Positions 40,134 through 54,858 of a stretch of DNA of 64,000 bases are shown here, one piece after another. The stretch covers positions 11,106-75,105 of the forward strand of contig CALXVY010000002.1 in assembly GCA_944392255.1 (NCBI GenBank), in the 5' to 3' direction. How positions within the stretch are numbered: position 1 is the stretch's first letter; the number at the start of each line of letters is the position of its first letter. The DNA is from an uncultured Alphaproteobacteria bacterium (lineage in GTDB: Bacteria > Pseudomonadota > Alphaproteobacteria > RF32 > CAG-239). Made by a program: the position numbers and the translations under genes. The notes below the pieces were generated by a model that was given only the letters and a program-made list of their open reading frames with translations, searched no databases and had not been told where the DNA came from.

Positions 40134-40273
40134 ACATTTGAAATTTATAATACAAATAATCATATTAGAATATAGATAAATTAACAATATAATATATTAT
40201 ATAAAATATCTGTTGACGTAATAGCCTAAAAATCATATTTATATAATATGCAATAATAAAAGGATATGAAAAC

Positions 40274-40774
40274 ATGACTGCAGAATTAATAAAAAGATCA
40301 AGTCGGGGACGCACCCCGCAAGGAGAACCGAATCCGATTGACGTCCATGTAGGCAATCGCATTCGTTTAAGACGTACCCTTTTAGGCTTAAGTCAAGAAA
40401 AGCTAGCATCTATGCTGGGCTTGACTTTTCAACAGGTACAAAAATATGAAAGAGGCATGAACCGTGTTGGTGCCAGCCGCTTATGGGATATTGGAAAAGT
40501 TTTGGAAGTACCTATCGGTTTCTTTTATGAAGACATGGATAAAGAAGTTGCCAACCAAAGTCCTCGCATGTTTAGCATTCCAGATAGTCACCCAATGGAA
40601 TTAGCTGAAGAAGAAGAGCATGCAGATTTAGACCCAATGAATCGTCAAGAAACAATTGAACTGGTAAAAGCATATTATAAAATACCTAACCGCAAAGCGG
40701 CTAAACATATGTTTGATTTAATCATTGCCATGTCCAAAACAACTTATAATAATGATGACGATGATGAGAAATAG
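40274..40774 (+). CDS. XRE-family helix-turn-helix transcriptional regulator with acidic C-terminus
   Basis: ...RIRLRRTLLGLSQEKLASMLGLTFQQVQKYERGMNRV...; C-terminal ...TTYNNDDDDEK. Confidence 0.7.
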   Translation: MTAELIKRSSRGRTPQGEPNPIDVHVGNRIRLRRTLLGLSQEKLASMLGLTFQQVQKYERGMNRVGASRLWDIGKVLEVPIGFFYEDMDKEVANQSPRMFSIPDSHPMELAEEEEHADLDPMNRQETIELVKAYYKIPNRKAAKHMFDLIIAMSKTTYNNDDDDEK

Positions 40775-40791
40775 TCTTTAGAAAAACAAAT

Positions 40792-40825
40792 AAAAAAAAG
40801 CTGGTTTTTACCAGCTTTTTTTATT
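40792..40825 (+). terminator. intrinsic terminator
   Basis: AAGCTGGTTTTTACCAGCTT followed by TTTTTTT. Confidence 0.6.
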
Positions 40826-41671
40826 ATGATAACAAAGATTGTTTTAACTATAGAGAATATTAATATGCTAATAACAGAAAAAACCAATCTCAAACAAGGC
40901 AATATAAATATACAAATTGAACCCAAAGCCACAGTATATACACCGGACAATGGTCATAATAAGCCCAAATTTTATGGCAGACGCAAAGGCAGAACCATAA
41001 GAAAAGCAAAATCTACATTATTAGAAGCTTTCTTACCGGAAATCAAAATCACCGAACAAAGTATATTTGATAAAGAAAAACTATTTGGCAAACCTGTTGA
41101 AAAGATAGCCTTAGAAATAGGATTTGGTGATGGACAACATTTAGCCGGACAAGCAAAAAATCATCCTGACACAGGTTTTATTGGTGCAGAAGTTTTTCAA
41201 AATGGCGTGGCTAATTTACTCACGCTGATTACAGGCATCAAAGAAGGTAGTCATTTACCCGAAAAAATCAATTTAGAAGAGGGTCGTGTTGACAATATCA
41301 GAGTCTTTGATGATGATATCCGACTTTTATTTAAACAGATTCCAGATTCTTTTTTAGATAAAGTCTTCATTCTCTTTCCTGATCCTTGGCCAAAAAAAAG
41401 ACATGCACACCGCCGTTTTGTTAACCCCGATAATTTAACAGAAATAGCTCGTATTATGAAAAAAGGCGGAATTTTACGCATTGCAACCGACCATAAAATT
41501 TACAAAGGTTGGGCTTTAAGACAAGTCAAAGAAAACGGCAATTTTATCTGGACGGCAAAATGCGGAAATGATTGGAAAAAAGAACCCGCAGATTGGGTGC
41601 AAACCAAATATCAACTCAAAGCTCTGCGAGAAGGACGACGCCCCGTATTTCTCGATTTTGAAAAAATTTAA
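40826..41671 (+). CDS. trmB: tRNA (guanine46-N7)-methyltransferase
   Basis: ...LFPDPWPKKRHAHRRF...; SAM-binding ...LEIGFGDGQHL...; true start may be the internal Met at 40865. Confidence 0.85.
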   Translation: MITKIVLTIENINMLITEKTNLKQGNINIQIEPKATVYTPDNGHNKPKFYGRRKGRTIRKAKSTLLEAFLPEIKITEQSIFDKEKLFGKPVEKIALEIGFGDGQHLAGQAKNHPDTGFIGAEVFQNGVANLLTLITGIKEGSHLPEKINLEEGRVDNIRVFDDDIRLLFKQIPDSFLDKVFILFPDPWPKKRHAHRRFVNPDNLTEIARIMKKGGILRIATDHKIYKGWALRQVKENGNFIWTAKCGNDWKKEPADWVQTKYQLKALREGRRPVFLDFEKI

Positions 41672-41678
41672 AAATGCA

Positions 41679-41709
41679 AAGGACACTTTATACAAGTGTC
41701 CTTTTTTTA
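41679..41709. terminator. bidirectional terminator between trmB and the convergent membrane-protein gene
   Basis: AAGGACACTTTATACAAGTGTCCTT followed by TTTTTTT. Confidence 0.55.
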
Positions 41710-41720
41710 ATTATCATACC

Positions 41721-42068
41721 TCAGAAATTTCTGTTGACCCATTCCCGTAAAACATTCCAACGTTTTTCATTCAAAGAAGAACTTTGGGCTTCTTGCTTGT
41801 TGGAAGCAAACCAACTTTTTTCAGAAGCATTCTGGCATTCCAAATCGATATCTTCTCGAATTGTTGGCGGGAAAGAGCTTTTATACTTGTTTATCAATAA
41901 CTTTAAAGCCTCAACTTGTAAGTCCAGCGCATCGGTATCTTTCCTAAGAGAAGCAAATCTTTGTTTTATTTTCTTTAAATTAAGCCACAGAAGATATGCA
42001 TAAATAGCAACAATTAGTAACAAAATCACAAGAAAAAAAATGATAACAGAGTAATCAAAAGTATCCAT
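41721..42068 (-). CDS. hypothetical membrane-anchored protein (about 115 aa from MDTFDYS...)
   Basis: one N-terminal TM helix (VIIFFLVILLLIVAIYAYLLWL) then a charged coiled-coil-like segment; the ORF-track upstream extension is probably not coding. Confidence 0.4.
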   Translation of the reverse strand: MDTFDYSVIIFFLVILLLIVAIYAYLLWLNLKKIKQRFASLRKDTDALDLQVEALKLLINKYKSSFPPTIREDIDLECQNASEKSWFASNKQEAQSSSLNEKRWNVLREWVNRNF

Positions 42069-42225
42069 ACTTAAAAATATTAAATTAAACAATAATAAAT
42101 AAACTTTTTTTACTATATAAACAATGATTTTCTTGTCAACACCAAAATTTAGACAAAAAATATTTACGAACAACAAAAAATGGTGTATGATACATTCATA
42201 TATAAACAACAAGAAGGACAATGAC

Positions 42226-44265
42226 ATGGCAAAAAAAAAGCAAAAACGCAAAGTTGCTAAAGAGTTTGAAGTACATTCTTCTGAATTTCCTCAAAAACAA
42301 GTAAAGAAACAAAAAACCCCTACTTTAACCTTGGAAGATCGCGTCAATAATGAATTTGATGAAATGGCTGTTTCTGTAGCCTATGGCAAAAACGAAGGAG
42401 AAAAACTCAAAGCCATCCGCTCTTTCAATACCTTTATCGACAACAATGTTCCTGCCGAAGAGAAAGACAAAATCAAAGCTCTGGTTGAAGAAAGATTAAA
42501 AGATAACGACTTTATCTATGGTAGTGAATTTATCGATTTAACTCCTCTCAAAGAATATACTGATCGTTTGTTTGAAGAACGCAAAGTTGCTAAAGAGTTT
42601 GAACCTCATTCTTCTAAAAAGGTTAAAGAAACAAAAAAATCAAAGAAAAAAGAAACATCGGAAAATCTTGCTGATGTCGTTAAATCAGTTAAAGATAATG
42701 CCAATAATACGCTTGGCGGAATTTTGGGCGGATTAGCAGAAAATGCGGCTAAAAGAGAAGAACATAAAATGCCTCGTCCAAATCCAAATAAAGAAGCAGA
42801 AAAAGCTCTTCACCAAGCCTTACTCGATGGCATTGCTAATGAAGAAATCAAAAACATCAAAGGTTACAGCAATGATGATTTGAAAAAAATCTTAGAATAT
42901 CATGACAAACTTCTTTATGCCGATGATGGTAACGGTACGGCTTTAGAAAGTTTATATGATAACAGCATTGCCGATTTGAAAAAATTTGCCGAAGGTAAAG
43001 TATCTATTGATAATGATAGCTACGAAACAATGATGCAATTCATCAAAACTTTTGGTACTAACTCTAAAGGGCAATTACTTCCGGAAGGCAAAGCTGCTTA
43101 TGATAAATTGATGAATTTAATGGCAGAACAACAAAAACAAAAAATTCTTGCCAACAAAGAAAAATATCAAGCTCATGCTGAAATCGTCAAGAATGTTCAA
43201 AATCATGCCAATAATACATTAGCTGGAATTTTGGGCGGACTAGCTGCCAATGCGGCTAAAAGAGAAAAGGCTGCTACAAACAGCGCCACCTCAACAACTA
43301 CGCCGAAAACAACTAAAGAAGAAGCTCCGACAGAATTTGCTATCGGCGACGAAGAAGCTAAAGACACAACAAAAGTAATCTTGAAGGAAAAACAACATCA
43401 GGAACCCCAAAAAAACGAAAACAAAACATATATTCCGGTAACTCCAACTTCAGCGACAACCAATAAAAATTCATTTACACCAGAAAACACAACCAATGAA
43501 ACCCCCAAACCGCAACCGGAGGAAAAGAAAAAAGGTTTCTGGGGCAAGACAAAAGATTGGCTTAAGGATAAATGGAAAAAAATTGCCGCTATTACTGCAT
43601 TAGCTGCTGCCGCTTTGCTTTTACCTAAAAGTTGCGCCGGCAATGGTAATAATGAAAATAAAAACCAAGACAGAGATATACCGGAAAAAACCACAGTCAT
43701 TCCGTCAGATTCTATTGCTAAGCCAACTCCTGCAGATACTTTACAGTTGACCCCGCAAGACTTAAGCAATGGTTTCTATCTGGAACGTTCTGCCGGCTTC
43801 AAGGGTGAACAAGAAGGTATCAGTTTCAAAGATGCTGAAAAAGCCAATAAACAAGACCTCTTGACCATCAAACGTCTAATGGCTCAAAAGAAACTGGATA
43901 TAAACAAATTCAAACGTCATACAACCTCACAAAATAAAGAACCGATTACGATAACGGAAATTGCATATAAAATGCGTGTTGTAATGCAAAACTTCCCCGG
44001 TTCTAAAATTGCAAAAAGTATGGAAAATATCTTTTCCGGCAAAGTTAGCGAACGTGATCAAAACAACCTCTATGGAGCTTTTACGCATATCAATGATTAT
44101 GGTCAATTAATTGACCGTAATGGCAAACCAATAAACACCATAGATATGGAAAAAGAAATCAGTGCTGAACGTTTTGGAAAAGGTAGTGAAGAATATGGCA
44201 CGGAAGGCACCGATAATAACTTTATTCAAGTTTTGAAAAAGCATAAAGATATCTTAAGTAAATAA
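42226..44265 (+). CDS. hypothetical bitopic membrane protein (679 aa) with internal sequence repeats
   Basis: duplicated blocks RKVAKEFE(V/P)HSS and ANNTL(G/A)GILGGLA(E/A)NAAKRE(E/K); single TM helix IAAITALAAAALLLP at about residue 470; K/T/P-rich linker; no known domain recognised. Confidence 0.55.
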   Translation: MAKKKQKRKVAKEFEVHSSEFPQKQVKKQKTPTLTLEDRVNNEFDEMAVSVAYGKNEGEKLKAIRSFNTFIDNNVPAEEKDKIKALVEERLKDNDFIYGSEFIDLTPLKEYTDRLFEERKVAKEFEPHSSKKVKETKKSKKKETSENLADVVKSVKDNANNTLGGILGGLAENAAKREEHKMPRPNPNKEAEKALHQALLDGIANEEIKNIKGYSNDDLKKILEYHDKLLYADDGNGTALESLYDNSIADLKKFAEGKVSIDNDSYETMMQFIKTFGTNSKGQLLPEGKAAYDKLMNLMAEQQKQKILANKEKYQAHAEIVKNVQNHANNTLAGILGGLAANAAKREKAATNSATSTTTPKTTKEEAPTEFAIGDEEAKDTTKVILKEKQHQEPQKNENKTYIPVTPTSATTNKNSFTPENTTNETPKPQPEEKKKGFWGKTKDWLKDKWKKIAAITALAAAALLLPKSCAGNGNNENKNQDRDIPEKTTVIPSDSIAKPTPADTLQLTPQDLSNGFYLERSAGFKGEQEGISFKDAEKANKQDLLTIKRLMAQKKLDINKFKRHTTSQNKEPITITEIAYKMRVVMQNFPGSKIAKSMENIFSGKVSERDQNNLYGAFTHINDYGQLIDRNGKPINTIDMEKEISAERFGKGSEEYGTEGTDNNFIQVLKKHKDILSK

Positions 44266-44274
44266 TCTTAAGAT

Positions 44275-44309
44275 AAAAAAATATCACCGATTTTCGGTGA
44301 TATTTTTTT
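44275..44309. terminator. bidirectional intrinsic terminator
   Basis: ATATCACCGATTTTCGGTGATAT flanked by an A-run and a T-run. Confidence 0.6.
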
Positions 44310-44323
44310 ATCTTATTTTACAT

Positions 44324-44848
44324 TTATTGCGAAACGATAGTCGGTTGAATATTCGGTTCTGTTACTGTTGAAACATCATTTATCGGATAAGCCTGAACAT
44401 CAATGATATCATTTCCCGATTGATAAAGTTCATTTTCAATACGTGTACTCGGTTGAGGTAAAGCCAATTCTCCAGGTTGCAAAATACCTTGCTGACTTTC
44501 TTGTTGAATAGGTTTAATTTGCGGCGTTGCCGGCATAGGATTATTAGAGCTCTCAGAGGGCTTTTCTTGAGAAGGAAGATTGTTTTCCGGAGCCAAATTT
44601 TGAGAGGATTGAGAAACATCTTCTTGCGTATCTAAAGGACTTCCCAACGGATTAGGGGCATCTGCACTTTGTTCTACAAAGTCCGAATTTACACCACCGC
44701 TCGCATTAGCTGCCGCACCAAAAACTTCTGTCGGTGTAGAATTAATCTGCATATCTTCTTGCATCGTTACAGTATCTGTTATGTTTTGAGCCAAAGCACT
44801 TGTACTCAGCAAAACCAAAGCAGATGTACATAATAAAATTTTTTTCAT
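44324..44848 (-). CDS. hypothetical secreted low-complexity (S/Q/P/N-rich) protein
   Basis: signal peptide MKKILLCTSALVLLSTSALAQ; remainder compositionally biased. Confidence 0.5.
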   Translation of the reverse strand: MKKILLCTSALVLLSTSALAQNITDTVTMQEDMQINSTPTEVFGAAANASGGVNSDFVEQSADAPNPLGSPLDTQEDVSQSSQNLAPENNLPSQEKPSESSNNPMPATPQIKPIQQESQQGILQPGELALPQPSTRIENELYQSGNDIIDVQAYPINDVSTVTEPNIQPTIVSQ

Positions 44849-44974
44849 TTTCCCTCCTAAATCAAATTGTTCTTATATAAGATAATCCTGATTTAAGTTG
44901 TTTCAAGCAAAAAACAAATTATACAAAAAAGATTCCCAATGACTTTGAGAATCTTTTATAAAATTAAACATAGA

Positions 44975-45433
44975 TTAAAAACTTGCTTTGCAAAGTAAAA
45001 ATGAACACATTTCGCGACGCTTTTGCGCCAACAATAGCAAGCGCCACAATATAGCATAAAACATCTGCATATTAAGCTCATTCATACTACAATTTTCAAA
45101 CTTTTTAAGCTTATAGCAATCATACTTTTGTTTTGCAAAATCAATCAAACTGGAAACATCATAAAAAGACAATAAATCTACGATATCACTGTCTCTGGAA
45201 GAACCCCCAACTTTCAATTGTTCAATAATGTTTTTAACGATACATGATGGAAAAATATAAATATTCCATGATGCATCAAATTTTTCCAACTGATTAATTC
45301 GCCTCTGTCTCTGTAAATTTTCACACAATCGCCAAAATAATTTCTTTTTCATAAAAATAACATTTATAATTAAAACCTTTTCAAAAGTATAAAGAAAAAT
45401 AAAATCAAAACAAGAAAAAAAATTAAACAACAA
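44975..45433 (-). CDS. hypothetical protein (126-152 aa)
   Basis: ORF immediately downstream of rpoC on the same strand; likely start MKKKLFWRL...; no motif recognised. Confidence 0.35.
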   Translation of the reverse strand: MLFNFFSCFDFIFLYTFEKVLIINVIFMKKKLFWRLCENLQRQRRINQLEKFDASWNIYIFPSCIVKNIIEQLKVGGSSRDSDIVDLLSFYDVSSLIDFAKQKYDCYKLKKFENCSMNELNMQMFYAILWRLLLLAQKRREMCSFLLCKASF

Positions 45434-45461
45434 AATATCCCTTATTATATTTTCTCAAGAC

Positions 45462-45489
45462 AAAAAAAGCCTCCTGAAAACAGGAGGCT
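45462..45489 (-). terminator. intrinsic terminator after rpoC
   Basis: AGCCTCCTGAAAACAGGAGGCT preceded by an A-run on plus strand (a T-run on the minus transcript). Confidence 0.6.
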
Positions 45490-45511
45490 TTTTCTTTCAG
45501 CTTAGAAAAAC

Positions 45512-49681
<4,170 letters not shown>

Positions 49682-49701
49682 TTATATCTAACTCCTTTAC
49701 C

Positions 49702-52700
49702 TTAAACTTCTTCGTTCAACAATTCGACGTTCAAGCACAAAGATTTGATTTCTTTAACCAAAACGTTAAAGGATTCCGGAACACCGGCTTCAAATCCGTC
49801 ATCACCGCGAACGATAGCTTCGTAAACTTTAGTACGGCCGTTAACATCATCGGACTTAACGGTGAGCATTTCTTGCAAGGTGTAAGCAGCACCATAAGCT
49901 TGAAGAGCCCAAACTTCCATTTCACCGAAACGTTGACCACCAAACTGAGCCTTACCTCCCAAAGGTTGTTGAGTAACCAAAGAGTACGGACCAACAGAAC
50001 GAGCGTGCATTTTCTCGTCAACAATGTGGTGAAGTTTAAGCATGTAGATAATACCAACGGTAACCTTACGGTCAAATTTTTCACCGGTACGACCATCATA
50101 CAAGTCAATTTGACCAGAAGTCGGCAAACCAGCTAAAGACAACATAGAGTTAATATCATCATTGGAAGCACCATCAAATACCGGAGTAGCCATTGGCACA
50201 CCTTTCTTGAGGTTACGAACCATTTCTTCTAACTCTTGTTCGTTCAAAGACTTAATGTCCTCTTTATATTGTTTTTCACCATAAACGGCTTTGAGTTCAT
50301 CATTAAGTTCTTGAATGGTCTTTTCACCTTTCTTGTATTGGTCCATCATATCGTTGAGTTGTTTACCAAGTTCCTTAGCGGCCCAACCCAAGTGAGTTTC
50401 CAAAATTTGACCAACGTTCATACGTGAAGGCACACCCAACGGGTTCAACACGATATCAACCGGAGTACCATCTTCCATGTAAGGCATATCTTGCAAAGGC
50501 AATACACGAGAAATTGTACCTTTGTTACCATGACGTCCGGCAATTTTATCACCGGTTTGAATTTTACGTTTGGTAGCAATGAAGACTTTAACCATCTTCA
50601 ATACACCAGGTAACAAATCATCACCGCGTTGTACCTTTTCTACCTTATTTTCGAAGTGTTTTTGAACTTTCTCAACACGAGCATCAAAAGCAGCGATTAA
50701 TTCTTCTACCTTAGACATAATATCTTCGTCTTTAACAACGATTTTACGCCATTGAGAAGAAGGAATGCTGTTCAAAGCTTCTTCAGTCAATTTGGTTTTC
50801 TTTGCAATACCTTTCGGAGCATCAACAACTTCATGACCGATAAACATAGCTTTCAAACGATGTTCAAAGCTTGCTTTAATGATGTTGATTTCATCATCAC
50901 GGTCTTTGGCCAAAGCAGAAATTTCTTCTTGTTCAATAGACAAAGCACGTTCGTCTTTCTCAACACCACGACGAGAGAAGACGTGAACATCAACAACAAT
51001 ACCTTCAATACCTGGTTGGACACGCAAAGAAGTATCGCGAACATCACTGGCTTTTTCACCAAAGATAGCGCGCAAGAGTTTTTCTTCCGGAGTAACCGGA
51101 GATTCGCCCTTCGGAGTAACCTTACCAACCAAGATATCACCGGCTTTAACTTCAGCACCGATATAAACGATACCAGCTTCATCAAGGTTACGCAAAGCTT
51201 CTTCACCAACGTTCGGAATATCACGTGTGATTTCTTCTTGTCCGAGTTTAGTATCACGAGCCATAACTTCAAATTCTTCAATATGAAGAGAAGTGAAGAC
51301 ATCGTCACGAGAAATACGCTCAGAAAGCAAAATAGCATCCTCGTAGTTCAAACCGTTCCAAGGCATGAAGGCAACGAGTACGTTTTTACCCAAAGCGAGT
51401 TCACCCATTTCGGTACAAGGACCATCAGCCATGATATCTCCGGCTTTAACCTTATCACCAACCTTAACCAAAGGAACTTGGTTAATGCAGGTATTTTGGT
51501 TAGAACGACGGAATTTTTGCAATTTGTAGATATCAACACCGGCATCGGTTACGTTTTCACCTTCGGAAGTAACCACGATACGAGTAGCATCAACCTGAGA
51601 AACAACACCGTCACGTTTAGCAACAACTGTAGCACCTGAATCTTTAGCAACAGTGCCTTCAACACCGGTACCAACCAACGGAGCTTCGGAACGGAGCAAT
51701 GGAACAGCTTGACGTTGCATGTTTGCACCCATCAAAGCACGGTTCGCATCGTCATTTTCCAAGAACGGAATCAAAGCCGTAGCAACTGATACCAATTGTT
51801 TTGGAGAAACGTCAATGAAGTCGATTTCTTCAGGTTTAGCAAATTCAAATTCACCGGCTTTACGGCAAGCAATCAAATCATTTTCGAAATGACCATCTTC
51901 TTTAACTTTTGCGTTAGCTTCAGCGATTTTGAACTTACCTTCTTCATTAGCAGAAAGGTAAACCACATCTTTGGTAACCACGCCGTTAACAACTTTACGA
52001 TACGGACATTCAATGAAGCCATATTTGTTGATACGAGCATAAGTAGACAAAGAGTTAATCAAACCAATGTTCGGACCTTCAGGAGTTTCAATCGGGCAGA
52101 TACGACCATAGTGTGTCGGGTGCACGTCGCGGACTTCAAAGCCAGCGCGGTCACGGCTCAAACCACCGGGTCCTAATGCAGACAAACGACGTTTGTGTGT
52201 AATTTCAGACAACGGGTTGTTCTGATCCATAAATTGAGACAATTGAGAAGAACCGAAGAACTCTCTGATAACAGAAGCAATCGGTTTAGCGTTAACCAAA
52301 TCTTGTGGTTTTACATTGTTCAAAACTTCGGAAGACATTCTTTCGCGAATAGCTCTTTCCATACGGAGCAAGCCCATGCGATATTGGTTTTCCATCAATT
52401 CGCCAACGGAACGAACACGACGGTTGCCCAAGTGGTCAATATCGTCAACTTCGCCTTTACCATCGCGGAGTTCAACCAAGTGTTTAACAATGCGCAAAAT
52501 ATCATCTTTACGCAAAACGCGGCAAGTATCCGGAGCTTCATCAAACGGAATATCCAAAGCGGCGTTCATTTTAACACGACCAACGGAAGACAAGTCATAA
52601 CGTTCGTTATCAAAGAACAATCCGTTAAAGAGTTGATCAGCCGTATCATATGTAGGTGGTTCACCCGGACGCATAACACGATAAATATCGAGCAAAGCTT

Positions 52701-53874
52701 CTTCACGGCATGTATTTTTATCTGTTGCCAAAGTATTGCGGATATAAGGTCCAACATTAACCCCATCAATAAATAAGGTTTTAAATTCTTTAACTTTGGC
52801 AGCGCTCAATTTATCCAAAACTTCTTGAGTAATTTCATCACCGGCTTCGGCAATAATTTCACCTGTTTTGCTATCAACAACGTTGTTAGCCAAGAATTTT
52901 CCGATAATTTGTTCGTTAGAAACTTTATAAAATTCCAAACCGTTATCTACGAGTTTTTGAGCCATACGCGGAGCAAGTTTTTTACCTTTTTCCAATACAA
53001 CTTCACCGGATTTGGCATCAATCAAATCATAATCAAATTTAACGCCCTTCATACGTTCGGCATCAAATTTAACTTTCCAGCCTTTTTTATCGGCAACATG
53101 CAAAATGGCATCATAGAAGTAATTTAAGATTTCTTCTTTATCCATACCTTTAATTTCGGTACGCTCAATCTCTTTGCCTTCTTTAGCAAGTTTGGCAATT
53201 TTTTCTTCTGTTTCTTTAGAATATAAAGAATAAAGAATTGAAGAAATCGGCAATTTACGGCGACGGTCAATACGTGCATACATCAAATCTTTGGCATCAA
53301 ATTCAAAATCGAGCCAAGAACCGCGATAAGGAATAACGCGTGCGGCAAACAAATATTTACCGGAAGAAACGGTTTTACCTTTATCATGGTCAAAGAACAC
53401 ACCAGGAGAACGGTGCATTTGAGAAACAACGACACGTTCAGTACCGTTGCAGATAAATGTACCTTTATCTGTCATCAACGGAATATCGCCCATATAAACA
53501 TCTTGTTCTTTAATGTCATGAATAGATTTTGCACCGGTAGCTTCATCGGTATCCCAAACAACCAAACGCAAAGTTGCTTTAACGGGAGCAGCATAAGTCA
53601 TATCACGTTTGATACATTCATCAACGTCATATTTAGGCTCTTCGAGTTCATACTTAACAAACTCCAACTCGCCGTTACCGGAAAAATCTTTAATTGGGAA
53701 AATTGACTTGAAAACTTCTTCCAGACCAAATTCGCAGGGTTCTGCCCCTGGAGCCTGGATAAAGCTGTCATAAGAACCTTTTTGAACTTCGATTAAGCTC
53801 GGCATATCAGCAACAGCATCAATTCTGCCGAAACTTCTTCTTACACGTTTTTTGCTCGTATAAGATTTCAACAT
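49702..53874 (-). CDS. rpoB: DNA-directed RNA polymerase subunit beta
   Basis: 1390 aa; conserved beta-subunit blocks throughout. Confidence 0.97.
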   Translation of the reverse strand: MLKSYTSKKRVRRSFGRIDAVADMPSLIEVQKGSYDSFIQAPGAEPCEFGLEEVFKSIFPIKDFSGNGELEFVKYELEEPKYDVDECIKRDMTYAAPVKATLRLVVWDTDEATGAKSIHDIKEQDVYMGDIPLMTDKGTFICNGTERVVVSQMHRSPGVFFDHDKGKTVSSGKYLFAARVIPYRGSWLDFEFDAKDLMYARIDRRRKLPISSILYSLYSKETEEKIAKLAKEGKEIERTEIKGMDKEEILNYFYDAILHVADKKGWKVKFDAERMKGVKFDYDLIDAKSGEVVLEKGKKLAPRMAQKLVDNGLEFYKVSNEQIIGKFLANNVVDSKTGEIIAEAGDEITQEVLDKLSAAKVKEFKTLFIDGVNVGPYIRNTLATDKNTCREEALLDIYRVMRPGEPPTYDTADQLFNGLFFDNERYDLSSVGRVKMNAALDIPFDEAPDTCRVLRKDDILRIVKHLVELRDGKGEVDDIDHLGNRRVRSVGELMENQYRMGLLRMERAIRERMSSEVLNNVKPQDLVNAKPIASVIREFFGSSQLSQFMDQNNPLSEITHKRRLSALGPGGLSRDRAGFEVRDVHPTHYGRICPIETPEGPNIGLINSLSTYARINKYGFIECPYRKVVNGVVTKDVVYLSANEEGKFKIAEANAKVKEDGHFENDLIACRKAGEFEFAKPEEIDFIDVSPKQLVSVATALIPFLENDDANRALMGANMQRQAVPLLRSEAPLVGTGVEGTVAKDSGATVVAKRDGVVSQVDATRIVVTSEGENVTDAGVDIYKLQKFRRSNQNTCINQVPLVKVGDKVKAGDIMADGPCTEMGELALGKNVLVAFMPWNGLNYEDAILLSERISRDDVFTSLHIEEFEVMARDTKLGQEEITRDIPNVGEEALRNLDEAGIVYIGAEVKAGDILVGKVTPKGESPVTPEEKLLRAIFGEKASDVRDTSLRVQPGIEGIVVDVHVFSRRGVEKDERALSIEQEEISALAKDRDDEINIIKASFEHRLKAMFIGHEVVDAPKGIAKKTKLTEEALNSIPSSQWRKIVVKDEDIMSKVEELIAAFDARVEKVQKHFENKVEKVQRGDDLLPGVLKMVKVFIATKRKIQTGDKIAGRHGNKGTISRVLPLQDMPYMEDGTPVDIVLNPLGVPSRMNVGQILETHLGWAAKELGKQLNDMMDQYKKGEKTIQELNDELKAVYGEKQYKEDIKSLNEQELEEMVRNLKKGVPMATPVFDGASNDDINSMLSLAGLPTSGQIDLYDGRTGEKFDRKVTVGIIYMLKLHHIVDEKMHARSVGPYSLVTQQPLGGKAQFGGQRFGEMEVWALQAYGAAYTLQEMLTVKSDDVNGRTKVYEAIVRGDDGFEAGVPESFNVLVKEIKSLCLNVELLNEEV

Positions 53875-54232
53875 TGTGCTTTAATCCTTAGGTTATGATT
53901 CTGCGACAATACTGGCGGAAAACCGCACCCCGACCGCAGAAAGTTATGTAACAAAAATCGATTTTTAAGAGTGAATCGCCCCAAACCATTGATTTAAAAA
54001 TCCCCTTGAACGCGATTCGCAAAATAATAAATTTTTAAAATTCGTCTATTTATAATCCTTGAGTCTAAAATTGCAAGAGTTTTTATCAAAAAAGAGTCAA
54101 GTTTTTTAATTTTTTTGCACAACAATATTTCTTAAAAGAGTCAGTAAGATTCACTTTCTGCTTGTCAGCGATTCGCTTATTGATTTTTCATCATTTTTTA
54201 AAAAAATTATTTTTTTGTCAAAAGAGGCGCAC
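53875..54232 (-). promoter_or_regulatory. rpoB upstream/leader region with GANTC-type motifs
   Basis: TTGAGTCTAAAATT (54059), AGAGTCAAG (54095), AGAGTCAGT (54140), GAATCGC/GATTCGC repeats (53978, 54013, 54166). Confidence 0.35.
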
Positions 54233-54272
54233 AAAAAAAAGCGTATGAACCTGCTTTTTAGATTCATACGCT
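54233..54272 (-). terminator. intrinsic terminator after the ankyrin gene
   Basis: A-run then AGCGTATGAACCTGCTTTTTAGATTCATACGCT. Confidence 0.55.
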
Positions 54273-54293
54273 TTCATCAAACTTCAATTACAT

Positions 54294-54779
54294 TCAAATA
54301 GTCGCGTGTTCTTTTTTTTCAGCATACCATCGAGCATCATGACCGTAATTATCTTTGGTATCAGCCTTCAGCCCGCTTTTCTTTAAGAGCGCATCTACGA
54401 TATTTTTAAATCCGAACCAAACTGCATGTATAAAAGCTGTTCTTCCGGAATCATCTTGTGCATTGATATTAATATTTGGCTTTTGCAACAAGGCGTTTAC
54501 AACTGCTATATCGCCTTTAACGCAAGCCCAAATAAGAGCTGTGTTCATCTGCAAATCAGCAAAATTATAATCAATACTTGGATGATTTAATAAGTAAAGA
54601 GCAATTTGAGTATACCCTTTATGAATAGCCCAAATAAGAGCCGTTTTTCCATTATGACCAACATAATTAATGTCGAGTTCTGGCACTGTCTCTACAAAAT
54701 ACTTAACCAGTTCGAACTCTCCTTTTTTCACAGCATCAATAAAGTGCTTGTGAATTTGATTTAATAATACTTTATCCAT
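54294..54779 (-). CDS. ankyrin-repeat protein (161 aa, about 4 ANK repeats)
   Basis: GKTALIWAIHKGYTQIALYLLNHP... / NTALIWACVKGDIAVVNALLQ... / GRTAFIHAVWFGFKNIVDALLK... ANK consensus (TALhxAxxxGhxxhVxxLL). Confidence 0.85.
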   Translation of the reverse strand: MDKVLLNQIHKHFIDAVKKGEFELVKYFVETVPELDINYVGHNGKTALIWAIHKGYTQIALYLLNHPSIDYNFADLQMNTALIWACVKGDIAVVNALLQKPNININAQDDSGRTAFIHAVWFGFKNIVDALLKKSGLKADTKDNYGHDARWYAEKKEHATI

Positions 54780-54858
54780 AGCTACATAAAAATTAAAATA
54801 TAGGGTGAAAATATATTTTTTTCTTAAAAAGTCAAGTTTTATTTAAAACAGAATAAGG

